A DNA stretch of 62,576 bases, counting the filler, from Candidatus Nanoarchaeia archaeon (GTDB lineage Archaea; Nanobdellota; Nanobdellia; Woesearchaeales; DATDTY01), in the NCBI GenBank assembly GCA_035290625.1. It is 6 parts of 6 records of this genome, joined end to end, with 100 filler letters (N's around TTAATTAATTAA, not from the genome) between each part and the next. Parts side by side here need not be neighbours in the genome. Positions count along the whole stretch, not along the records: positions 40,449 to 44,911 come from DATDTY010000063.1; positions 45,012 to 51,149 come from DATDTY010000064.1; positions 51,250 to 62,576 come from DATDTY010000069.1; 3 more parts are not named here. One strand, given 5' to 3'. The notes beneath the pieces were generated by a model. It saw only the letters and a program-made list of their open reading frames with translations, did not search any database and was not told the origin of the DNA. The position numbers and the translations under genes were made by a program. Of the stretch, positions 44,419 to 52,720 are shown one piece after another (the stretch's first letter is position 1; each line of letters begins with the position of its first letter).

Positions 44419-44482
44419 TATCTTGAGGGGTTCCTCTATCATCATCACAACCTTTAAATAACTCAGCAGAGTCAAGAGATGC

Positions 44483-44911
44483 ATGATCAGCAAAAAACTC
44501 TTTCATGAATTGCGGACCGAGCTCAAAACCTATGACAGCCAGAGAGAAGACCTGATTGGCAAAGCCCGCGGCCTGCTCAAAGAGAGCAAGCATATGATCT
44601 ATGAGATTCATAGGGGGGGCAGTGCTCCAGATAGCCTCCGCAGGCTCAGGCAGCAGAAGGCAGCTTTGGATAGGATCGCAGGAAAAAACCCTCTCCTATT
44701 CCAGGAAGGCAGCTACTCAGATGCTGTCCAAGAGTATTGCGAAGCAGAGACCTATCACTCCTTTGTGTCCAGGAAGCCACTGCCTACAGCAAAGCAGCTC
44801 AAGATTGGAACAGAGGACTACCTGATGGGATTATGCGACCTCACTGGAGAGCTGACACGAAGAGCTGTCCGCCACGCTACTGTGCGTGATTTTGAGGAGG
44901 TCAAGAGAATC
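44483..44911 (+). CDS. Translin/C3PO-like protein (3' end lost in gap)
   Basis: RE..I...R, QEY.EA, DYL.GL.DL.GEL.R. Confidence 0.85.
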
Positions 44912-45011
44912 NNNNNNNNNNNNNNNNNNNNNNNNNNNNNNNNNNNNNNNNNNNNTTAATTAATTAANNNNNNNNNNNNNNNNNNNNNNNNNNNNNNNNN
45001 NNNNNNNNNNN

Positions 45012-45773
45012 CAGCCAATCTGCTGCAGAATCCAGGTTTGCCAAAGCATCTGAGTAGCTGTAACTTGGAGCAAAGACCTTATAGCCTTCTGCCTCAAGCT
45101 GCTTGATCCTCTCCCGAAATGCCCCTCCATTCTGAGACGTTCCGTGAAGAAGGATATACGCCTGATCCCCTGGCTTCAGGCTTTTCATGGTTTTCTTGTT
45201 CCAGCCATCCACAATCTCCTTCCCAAAAGTGATATCAAAGGCATTCAGACCCATAGAGAGGAGTGTCCTTGCCAGATTATCAAGCCTCCTCTTAGGCCCA
45301 GGAATGCCATGACTAAGCCGAGCTCGCTCCTTAAGCAATTTACGGTATAAGTCCTTGGTAGGATCTTGCGTTTCAAGTGTATCAGTCCAGTCTGTTCCCG
45401 GCATTGGACCAGTATGCACAATATCAGAATAGAGCTGCCTGTCAAATCGTTTTGCTTCCCTGGCAAGCCTCTTCGGAGCTGTAACCCGTGCTTGGATGAT
45501 AGAATCAATAGCCGGCAGAAGCTCATCTTCAGGGTTCTTTTGCTCACCCGGCTTCCCAACTCCCCGCCTGGCCTCCACTTCCTTAATCCGATCCTCAAGC
45601 TTGGAGATAGAAGGGATCCTCAGCCCATTATAATACGGCTTCAGCCTTTTTACCAGCTCCTTATCAGAAAGAACCTTTTTTGGCCCTTTCCCGCGATAGC
45701 CTACCTCGGCCTTTACTCCGCCATTTCTTTCCTTAGCTGTGTAGTACAGTGAATGGTTTGTTTTAGTGCTCAT
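45012..45773 (-). CDS. Putative alpha/beta hydrolase with long basic N-terminal region (truncated by gap)
   Basis: ILLHG, L...GY.VF..SY near the contig end. Confidence 0.6.
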
Positions 45774-45918
45774 TATACGCCTCACCGCAGCTTGGGCATT
45801 TCACAATTTCCTGGCTGATATGCTCCATTCTATGGCCGCATGCTCCGCAGAGGAATGTTGCTTGAAGTATCAAAAGCTCCTCATCGAGCTGCACGTCCAA
45901 ACCTTGTGTAATTGACAT
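45763..45918 (-). CDS. Small zinc-ribbon protein (51 aa, below ORF-track cutoff)
   Basis: MSITQG...CGACG...CPSCG; GGGGG RBS; overlaps the next start codon. Confidence 0.65.
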   Translation of the reverse strand: MSITQGLDVQLDEELLILQATFLCGACGHRMEHISQEIVKCPSCGEAYNEH

Positions 45919-46013
45919 AGTTCCCCCTATAACCAATAGTACAGTATAGGGAAGAGCTAGTATATAAACATTTCTATTTTTAACTACTAATAAATAGTAA
46001 CAATAGGCTGCAT

Positions 46014-47762
46014 CTACGTCTTTTTTTGCTCTTTATAAAGCCGCTCCACCAAGGCCAGGCTGGAAACCTCTGACTTGTCCTCACGCAGCCTGACTACTCT
46101 CGGAAACCGCAAAGCATACCCTGACCCATACGTAGGGGATTTCTGTATCTCCTCATAACTCACCTCGACTATCACCCTGGGCCTGACCCGGACAGAAGTG
46201 CCTTTTTCCTCAGTTATGAGTGGTTTCAGGAGAGCTGTAAGCTCTGCAAAAGTCACCCCACCCTGCTCCTCCTTCTCTTTTATGCCAGTCCCAACCTTGC
46301 CTACTTCGATATACTTGCCATGAGATTCACATGCCAAAGTAAAAGAGCTCAGCCAGCTCGACCTCTTTCCCTCTCCCCATTCAGCTCCCACAATCACTAA
46401 ATCAAGGGTCTCCATCATAGATTTCAGCTTCACCATATAGCCAACCCTTGCCCCCGGCTTATAGGGAGCACCCGGCGCTTTCATCATCACCCCTTCATTG
46501 CCTGCTTTAAGCGACTCCTCGTAGAATGCTTGCGCCTTCTCTCTGTCATCAGTAACCAGCTGCCGTGAAAGCACGATTTTCCTTGGGCTAGCCTCTATGA
46601 TCTTCTTCAGCATCTTTCTCCGCTCTGCAAAAGGCTCCTCGATAAGGTTCTTTCCATCGAGATAAAGAATATCAAAGACATTGACCTCGACAGGAAGCTT
46701 TTGGGCAAGCAGCTCGATGTCATGTTTCCGCTTAATGCGTTGAGAAATATGCTGGAAAGGCACATAGTTCCTGGTCTTCGGATCATAGCCAACAGCCTCA
46801 GAATCCAGGATGCAGGAATCCGCCCTGGCATACCTTGAAACAGAATCCACGACATCTGGAAACTGGCGTGTCACATCCTCCAGTCTGCGCGTGAAGACAC
46901 GTATCTTCTTTCCGTTCTTATGGATCTGCAGGCGGAGGCCATCATATTTGTACTCGATCGCAGCAGGCTCTCCGACTTCCTCAAAGCCGGAATCAATATC
47001 TGAAACCTTGATTGCAAGCATGCACTTGATGGGGACACCGATAGCTAATGGAATCTTTTCTATGTCTTTAAGGCCTTTCTGCGCCTGGACAGCAACCATT
47101 CCCCAGTCTGCCGAAAGGTCAAAGCCGCGCTGGACTGCCTCAACAGCAGCAGTATAGGCTTCCCGCTCAGGAATTCCAATCTCCTGGGTTGAGGGGTCGT
47201 ACGAAATCTTCAGCTGCTTCCCAAAATTCACCCAGACAATGCTGTCGCGCAGCACTCCAGCTCCTACCCCTACCCTTAATTCTCCCAAGATGGTCCTGCA
47301 GATGTATTTAGCCTCAAGAGGGCTGGCAGAGGTGAGCAGCTCTGCAATCAGCTGGATCTTCCGGTCTACAGTCCCTGCTCCCTCTATCTCTGCAAGCTTC
47401 TTGAGATTCTCAAAGACCTTCCTGACCGAAAGCTTTTGATGGCTCAGCGTCGATTGTGATTTCTTGGAGATAATGTGCTGGCTGACAATCCCAAGATCTC
47501 CTGTCTTTTTCCACTCAGTTATAATCCCCTCATGAGATACACCAGATGCAACAGCGATAGCCCTGGCAAGCAGCTTTGACGCTACACCAATCTTATGCTC
47601 ATCAGCTGCAGGATACAGGCTGCCCTGCAACAGCAGCATGATTGCGCCTAAATCGCTCTCATGCACAGACTTCAGAAACTCAGAGATGATAAAGGTCTTC
47701 TGAAGCCGCTTTGCGCTCTGCTCCAGCCTCTCATAGACCTCGCAAAGTTTTTTGTAGTCCAT
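46014..47762 (-). CDS. lig: ATP-dependent DNA ligase (archaeal type)
   Basis: EYKYDG.R, EGVMMK, K.K, DLVIVGAEWGEG.R, LRFPR; start MDYKKL. Confidence 0.96.
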   Translation of the reverse strand: MDYKKLCEVYERLEQSAKRLQKTFIISEFLKSVHESDLGAIMLLLQGSLYPAADEHKIGVASKLLARAIAVASGVSHEGIITEWKKTGDLGIVSQHIISKKSQSTLSHQKLSVRKVFENLKKLAEIEGAGTVDRKIQLIAELLTSASPLEAKYICRTILGELRVGVGAGVLRDSIVWVNFGKQLKISYDPSTQEIGIPEREAYTAAVEAVQRGFDLSADWGMVAVQAQKGLKDIEKIPLAIGVPIKCMLAIKVSDIDSGFEEVGEPAAIEYKYDGLRLQIHKNGKKIRVFTRRLEDVTRQFPDVVDSVSRYARADSCILDSEAVGYDPKTRNYVPFQHISQRIKRKHDIELLAQKLPVEVNVFDILYLDGKNLIEEPFAERRKMLKKIIEASPRKIVLSRQLVTDDREKAQAFYEESLKAGNEGVMMKAPGAPYKPGARVGYMVKLKSMMETLDLVIVGAEWGEGKRSSWLSSFTLACESHGKYIEVGKVGTGIKEKEEQGGVTFAELTALLKPLITEEKGTSVRVRPRVIVEVSYEEIQKSPTYGSGYALRFPRVVRLREDKSEVSSLALVERLYKEQKKT

Positions 47763-47801
47763 TTGATAGGTAATTTTATAAATACAGGATATATAAAAAG
47801 C

Positions 47802-48455
47802 ATGAGCATGGAAACGCTGCAGGCAATAGCAACAAGGAGGAGTGTCCGGAAATACATCGACAAGCATGTTCCCTGGGAGTTGGTTGGGAGGATTCTTGCT
47901 GCAGGCGCAGCTGCCCCTTCTGCAGGCAACCTCCAGGATTGGAGGTTTATCATTGTCAGAGATGACGAGAAGAGGAAGGCGATAACAGAGGCCTGCATGC
48001 TGCAAAGCTGGATGATGCAGGCTCCGGTGCATATCGTGGTTATCGGAGAGCCTGCAAAGCTCAAGCGGTTCTACGGAACCCGGGGAGAGCGGTTATACTC
48101 TGTCCAGGACAGCGGCGCTGCCTGCCAGAACATGCTGCTGGCTGCCCATGATTCAGGCCTTGGAGCTTGCTGGGTCGGTGCATTGGATGAGGAAAAGCTG
48201 AAGATTCTCCTGAAATGCCCTCCTGAGACAAGGCCGCAGGCAGTGATCACAATTGGCTGGCCTGCAGAGCAGCCCCAAAAGCCTGAGCAGTTCCAGATGA
48301 TGAATGTCTCATATATTGAGAGATGGGATGGAAGGATTGCAGATGTGGATTACACGCTCGGATACACCAGCGCAGCAGTAAGAAAGACAGTCAAAACTGC
48401 AGGAAACCTCCTCAAAAGGTTCCATGAGTGGCTGGTGAAGAAGCGCTCAAGCTGA
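47802..48455 (+). CDS. Nitroreductase family protein
   Basis: RRSVRKY, APSAGN.Q.W.F, QNMLLAA...GLG.CW. Confidence 0.93.
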   Translation: MSMETLQAIATRRSVRKYIDKHVPWELVGRILAAGAAAPSAGNLQDWRFIIVRDDEKRKAITEACMLQSWMMQAPVHIVVIGEPAKLKRFYGTRGERLYSVQDSGAACQNMLLAAHDSGLGACWVGALDEEKLKILLKCPPETRPQAVITIGWPAEQPQKPEQFQMMNVSYIERWDGRIADVDYTLGYTSAAVRKTVKTAGNLLKRFHEWLVKKRSS

Positions 48456-48458
48456 GTT

Positions 48459-49526
48459 TTAGCTTATTTCTGGAGCATGCTTGGGCGCAGGAAGCTTTCG
48501 AAGGCCGTACTTACGCAGCCTCTCTCTGACACTTTTTCTGCTTGTCTTTAGAATCCTGGCCATCTCAGAAAGATTGCCTTGGGTTTCTGTATACAGGCAC
48601 GTGTATAATTCTTGCTCAACAAGACCAACAACATTGGGGCGGGTTTGAGACTGCGCTGCAGCTTTCAGCACTGCTGCAATAGCATCTTCAAGGCATGGTG
48701 GAACCGGAGTAGCAAGCCAAGGGAAATCTTTTTTGGTTAGGTCTTGTCTGTCGGAAGGCGCAGCAAAAACAGCACTCTTTATCGTGTGCTGCAGCTCACG
48801 CACATTTCCCCTGACAAACCCATAGTCCTGAAAAAGAGCATACGCGGAATCTGAAAAGGCCAGGTCGTGATACTGCAGCGCCTTCCTGATTTTGGTGTTA
48901 TAGATCGTCAAAAAGAAGTCTGCAAGAAGGCAGATATCACCAGGCCGATCCTTCAGTAGAGGAAGATGAATCCTATTTTGATTGAGCCGGAGATAGAAGC
49001 CCTCATCCAAGCTTCCAGACCCAATCTCGATTTCAGGATGCTCCGGAAGAGCTGCTATGACCCGGGCATCCACGCTGTTAGAGGCAACAGACCCAAGCCG
49101 CCGCGTTGCCTTCCCGTCTAAAAAAGAGAGGAGCGACCACTGGATCTCTTTTGGGAGATGATGCGGAAAAGGAATGTAGAGTGTTCCCTTACAGGCATAC
49201 TCAATCATGCCCCTGGTGGCCGATTTTGATCCGGCAAAATTGGTATGCACATGCCCAAAGATATCATTCTCTGGCGCTTCAGGCCCGATCAGAACAAATG
49301 GTGTGCTAACTCCTCGAGAGGAATTTGAGGCGTGATGGATGTACTTCGCAGCAAGATCCTTTCCAGTGCCGCTTGCTCCCATAAGCAGGAGGGAAATATC
49401 TAACCGAGATGCCCGCTCTAAGAGGCCTAACACATGCTGCATTACAGGGCTGATTCCATAGATCCTTCTCTCATTGCCCTTATGATTGATCTCTTCAGTA
49501 AACGAAATGTATGTTTTTTGTTCCAT
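48459..49526 (-). CDS. Degenerate sigma-54 activator-like AAA+ protein with Fis-type HTH
   Basis: G.SGTGKD..A..IH, FGH, VDARVIAA, FY.RLN, P.L.DR..DI, GNVREL, GN.S..ARIL..SR. Confidence 0.85.
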   Translation of the reverse strand: MEQKTYISFTEEINHKGNERRIYGISPVMQHVLGLLERASRLDISLLLMGASGTGKDLAAKYIHHASNSSRGVSTPFVLIGPEAPENDIFGHVHTNFAGSKSATRGMIEYACKGTLYIPFPHHLPKEIQWSLLSFLDGKATRRLGSVASNSVDARVIAALPEHPEIEIGSGSLDEGFYLRLNQNRIHLPLLKDRPGDICLLADFFLTIYNTKIRKALQYHDLAFSDSAYALFQDYGFVRGNVRELQHTIKSAVFAAPSDRQDLTKKDFPWLATPVPPCLEDAIAAVLKAAAQSQTRPNVVGLVEQELYTCLYTETQGNLSEMARILKTSRKSVRERLRKYGLRKLPAPKHAPEIS

Positions 49527-49649
49527 CGGATACGCATGCGAGAGGTTCCGGACAGGGGTTTCCCCAGCTTTAAAAAGGTTACCCCTTGGCAGTTGAGTCA
49601 GGCTGGCAGCGTAATGCTTTTTAAAGAAATGCAGCTTTTTCTCAGCTAC

Positions 49650-49742
49650 GCTCCTGTGGTCTAGTGGACAGGATACAACCCTGCGGATCAGCCATGATGC
49701 AGTTGAAAGGTTGCGGCCCGGGTTCAAATCCCGGCAGGAGCG
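49650..49742 (+). tRNA. tRNA-Arg(GCG) with ~21-nt intron at the canonical 37/38 position
   Basis: Acceptor GCTCCTG/CAGGAGC, anticodon stem CAACC/GGTTG with loop CT-GCG-G, T arm CCGGG-TTCAAAT-CCCGG. Confidence 0.9.
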
Positions 49743-49767
49743 TATTATTTTGAAGGAGTTAGGAGGT

Positions 49768-50163
49768 TTAATACTTCTCCAATGTAAGATTTGGGATCCT
49801 TGTGAAATGCTTAGGATTCCCTGTGAGAAGCGGTTCGTTGTGTACTAATGCGATTGCCGCTATCATAATGTCTTCTATATCGATGGTCTCCCCTTTTTTA
49901 ATAAGAGCCGCTTCAATCTCTCCTGCTGTCCTTGCTTCCTCGTCACCAAAAGAATAAACCGGGAGGGACTGGATAATCTCGTGAACCTTCTTTTTCTCCT
50001 TCTCCCGATTCTGGCTTTGGAGAGCGCCACTCCATAACTCCATAACTGAGATAGAAGTGATGGCTTTTATTGCAAATTTTCTATCCAGATTCTCTGCCTT
50101 CTCCTTTGCAGAGAGATTCTTACCGCGCAGAAGTTCGATTAAGAATGATGTGTCCAGAATCAT
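49768..50163 (-). CDS. vapC: PIN-domain toxin
   Basis: ILDTSFLI, S..EL, D.MIAA.A, L.T.N..HF. Confidence 0.94.
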   Translation of the reverse strand: MILDTSFLIELLRGKNLSAKEKAENLDRKFAIKAITSISVMELWSGALQSQNREKEKKKVHEIIQSLPVYSFGDEEARTAGEIEAALIKKGETIDIEDIMIAAIALVHNEPLLTGNPKHFTRIPNLTLEKY

Positions 50164-50390
50164 TGTTGGAGCAGCCGTTTCTTATGAGAGCTTAAATGGG
50201 ATTTCCTCGCGTCCCTGATGGATTCCTCTAACGCATTTGCGCTTTCCTCGCTCAATGCACCATAAAAAGAGGAGAGATTTTTCTTACCTGATAGTTTGAT
50301 GATTGCTTCGCTAAAACTCTCGGTAACCGTCTTCTTTGACTTGAGGATAGTATATGCCTCTTCAGTGATGGATATCGTTTTGGTAGCCAT
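50160..50390 (-). CDS. vapB: VapB-type (DUF217-like) antitoxin
   Basis: KTISI.EEAY..L...K...ESFS..I. Confidence 0.9.
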   Translation of the reverse strand: MATKTISITEEAYTILKSKKTVTESFSEAIIKLSGKKNLSSFYGALSEESANALEESIRDARKSHLSSHKKRLLQQ

Positions 50391-50510
50391 GTGTATGTGT
50401 ATGTATGTGCACTATATAAATCTTTCTTTTTAAGCGATGTGTTCAGATAAATGTCCTCATTCCCGGGGGGAATATATCTAAGAAAAAGTAATTAAAAAAG
50501 AAAAAAAGAC

Positions 50511-50906
50511 TTACGGGTTCGCCGCAAGTCCGTAAATCTCACGCAATGCAACGACGATGCTTGCTGGCAATACAAAGGCAAGGATGCTGTTCAGGATGGT
50601 CTGAAGCTGTGGACCAATGATGGGGGTGGCCACGAGTGTAGCTCCGCCAAGTCCTGTAACAACCACGATTGCTAACGCCGCAAACAAGAACGCCTGGGTC
50701 TCATGGCTGCTGACATTCAGGAGCCCGACAATGAGCCCAAGTACAGCCAGGGTAGGGATAATCCAGACTGCCTGGCCTGCCATAAACCCGGAGAGCAGCG
50801 CAATAACAACTCCTCCGATAAATGACCAGCTGCCTATCTTTTCAAGCCCATCACTCGCAGTGGGAAGCGCCGGGGTTCGTTTCATGAATTCACCTCTTTT
50901 TTTCAT
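50511..50906 (-). CDS. Hypothetical 4-TM membrane protein
   Basis: GSWSF..G, LGLIVGLLNV...E...FL.A. Confidence 0.75.
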   Translation of the reverse strand: MKKRGEFMKRTPALPTASDGLEKIGSWSFIGGVVIALLSGFMAGQAVWIIPTLAVLGLIVGLLNVSSHETQAFLFAALAIVVVTGLGGATLVATPIIGPQLQTILNSILAFVLPASIVVALREIYGLAANP

Positions 50907-50995
50907 AGGAGTAACCTCCTCTTTACCGATTTAGAGGTATTGGGCTTTTACCTTTTTAAGATTTTCAGAGTACTTAGAAGGGGTAAATAAGTGAA

Positions 50996-51081
50996 TAGCC
51001 CCGCCCGGATTTTCGACATCCTTTCGAACCGAGGTCCTCAGGTCCAAAGCCTGAGATGCTTGGCCGCTACACCACGGGGCT
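50996..51081 (-). tRNA. tRNA-Gln(TTG) with 13-nt insertion (putative intron) in the T loop
   Basis: AGCCCCG/CGGGGCT-A acceptor, TCAGG-CTTTGGA-CCTGA anticodon arm; T loop is 20 nt instead of 7. Confidence 0.88.
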
Positions 51082-51128
51082 AATGGACGACAAAAAAGAG
51101 CCGAGCATTATAAAGATTTCTGATGGGT

Positions 51129-51149
51129 GGTCTCTGGTGAAAATCCCGC
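51129..51149 (-). repeat. End of a further structured element (copy I) cut by gap
   Basis: Reverse complement gcgggattttcaccagag matches the right ends of copies F and H. Confidence 0.5.
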
Positions 51150-51249
51150 NNNNNNNNNNNNNNNNNNNNNNNNNNNNNNNNNNNNNNNNNNNNTTAATTA
51201 ATTAANNNNNNNNNNNNNNNNNNNNNNNNNNNNNNNNNNNNNNNNNNNN

Positions 51250-51390
51250 AATACTAACACGGGCTATTTTCCTCGCTTGATAGGTTGTCCAGCCATCATT
51301 CTTGCGCCTTATGGTCTCCATAAGCTTCCCTCTGGTGAGTTTCATGCTCCAATGTAACTCACCGTAGGGAAATAGTTTCGGGATAAGACA
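51250..51390 (-). mobile_element. IS481-like left end and transposase N-terminus, truncated by gap
   Basis: End begins TGTCTTATCCCGAAACTA; GGAG RBS then MKLTRGKLMETIRRK..GWTTYQARK HTH-like start at 51345. Confidence 0.6.
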
Positions 51391-51444
51391 CCCCGGAATC
51401 AAAACCATAGCTTTAAAAACCATACCAATTCCACTCTTTTTTTA

Positions 51445-52719
51445 ATGAACCCGCAGGCTGAGGAGCTTAACGCCGTACTTCAAAAGGATTCTCCTGCTAT
51501 CTATCGTCTCCTTTCTGAGAGAGGAAAGGGAATCTACTACCCTAAGAAAGGGATTCTTGCGCAGACTGCCGAAGCAAAGGGAAAAGGCATCAACGCGACC
51601 ATAGGCGCAGCAATCGAAGATGACGGAACACCGATGCGGCTTGGCTCAATAGAAAAGCAGCTTTCTCTGAACCCCTCTGAGGCTTTCTCCTACGCGCCCA
51701 GCTATGGCAAGCCGGAGCTCAGAACCCTTTGGCTCGAGAAGATCAGGCAGAAGAACCCTTCACTTAAGGGAAGGACAAGCGTTCCTGTTGTCACATGCGC
51801 TGTTACTCATGGGTTGACCTTGGCTGGCTACTTATTTGTTGGTCCAGGCGATCATATCATCCTTACAGACAAGTTTTGGGGAAACTATCGCCTTATCTTT
51901 GAGAATGGCTTTGGAGGAGTGCTTGACTTTTTCGACACCTTTGCCAAAGAGGGATTCAATGTTGGCGCATTCAGAAAAAAGCTGGGATCTGTGAAAGGGA
52001 AGACCACCATACTCCTGAATTTTCCTAATAACCCCTCCGGCTATACCGTCACTCAGGCTGAGGCCAGGGAGATTATTGCTGCAATTAAAGAGCATGCTGA
52101 AAAGGGCAATGACACCTTGGTGATATGCGATGATGCGTATTTCGGGCTCGTCTATGAGGATGGAGTGTATGAGGAATCGCTTTTTGCCCAGCTTGCAACA
52201 CTTCATGAGCGTGTCCTTGCCATGAAGCTGGATGGTGTGACTAAAGAAGAGTATGCCTGGGGATTTCGTGTCGGCTTTATCACTTTTGCTTGCAGGGGAA
52301 TCACAGAAGGGGTGTGCGCAGCACTTGAGGCAAAGACTGCCGGCGCTGTTCGCGGAACCATAAGCAATGCGCCCCACATCTCCCAGAGCCTTGTGCTTAA
52401 AGCATTCACTTCACGCTCCTATGCTGCAGAGAAAAGCCAGAAATACTCCATCCTGAAATCGAGGTTTGAGAAAGTGCGCCAATCGCTGTCTGATCCAAAA
52501 TACCTGCGCTATTTTAAAGCCCTGCCTTTCAACTCTGGCTATTTCATGTGCATCGAGCTGAAGCACGACGCTGAGCCTGTGCGCAAAAGGCTGCTGGAGG
52601 CATATGATACTGGCGTCATTTCAATCGGAAACATGCTGAGGATCGCCTATTCAAGCGTCCCTGAGAGTGATATCCCCCAGCTGTTCGAGAACATCTATAA
52701 GGCATGCAAGGAGCAATAA
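51445..52719 (+). CDS. Class I/II PLP aminotransferase
   Basis: NFPNNPSG, DDAY, DG.TKE...WG.RVG. Confidence 0.93.
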   Translation: MNPQAEELNAVLQKDSPAIYRLLSERGKGIYYPKKGILAQTAEAKGKGINATIGAAIEDDGTPMRLGSIEKQLSLNPSEAFSYAPSYGKPELRTLWLEKIRQKNPSLKGRTSVPVVTCAVTHGLTLAGYLFVGPGDHIILTDKFWGNYRLIFENGFGGVLDFFDTFAKEGFNVGAFRKKLGSVKGKTTILLNFPNNPSGYTVTQAEAREIIAAIKEHAEKGNDTLVICDDAYFGLVYEDGVYEESLFAQLATLHERVLAMKLDGVTKEEYAWGFRVGFITFACRGITEGVCAALEAKTAGAVRGTISNAPHISQSLVLKAFTSRSYAAEKSQKYSILKSRFEKVRQSLSDPKYLRYFKALPFNSGYFMCIELKHDAEPVRKRLLEAYDTGVISIGNMLRIAYSSVPESDIPQLFENIYKACKEQ

Positions 52720-52720
52720 G

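Larger units (their letters stand above)
42399..44424 (+). repeat. 20-bp direct repeat spanning two gene stop codons
   Basis: aggcaaaggcgtagtatctt at 42399-42418 and 44405-44424. Confidence 0.8.

Noticed and set aside
49527..49727. N-terminal extension of the 422-aa AAA+ ORF; likewise extensions of lig (to 48032), nitroreductase (from 47661) and metK (from 21714)
   Set aside because: They overlap a tRNA, promoters or neighbouring genes; downstream ATGs fit the families better
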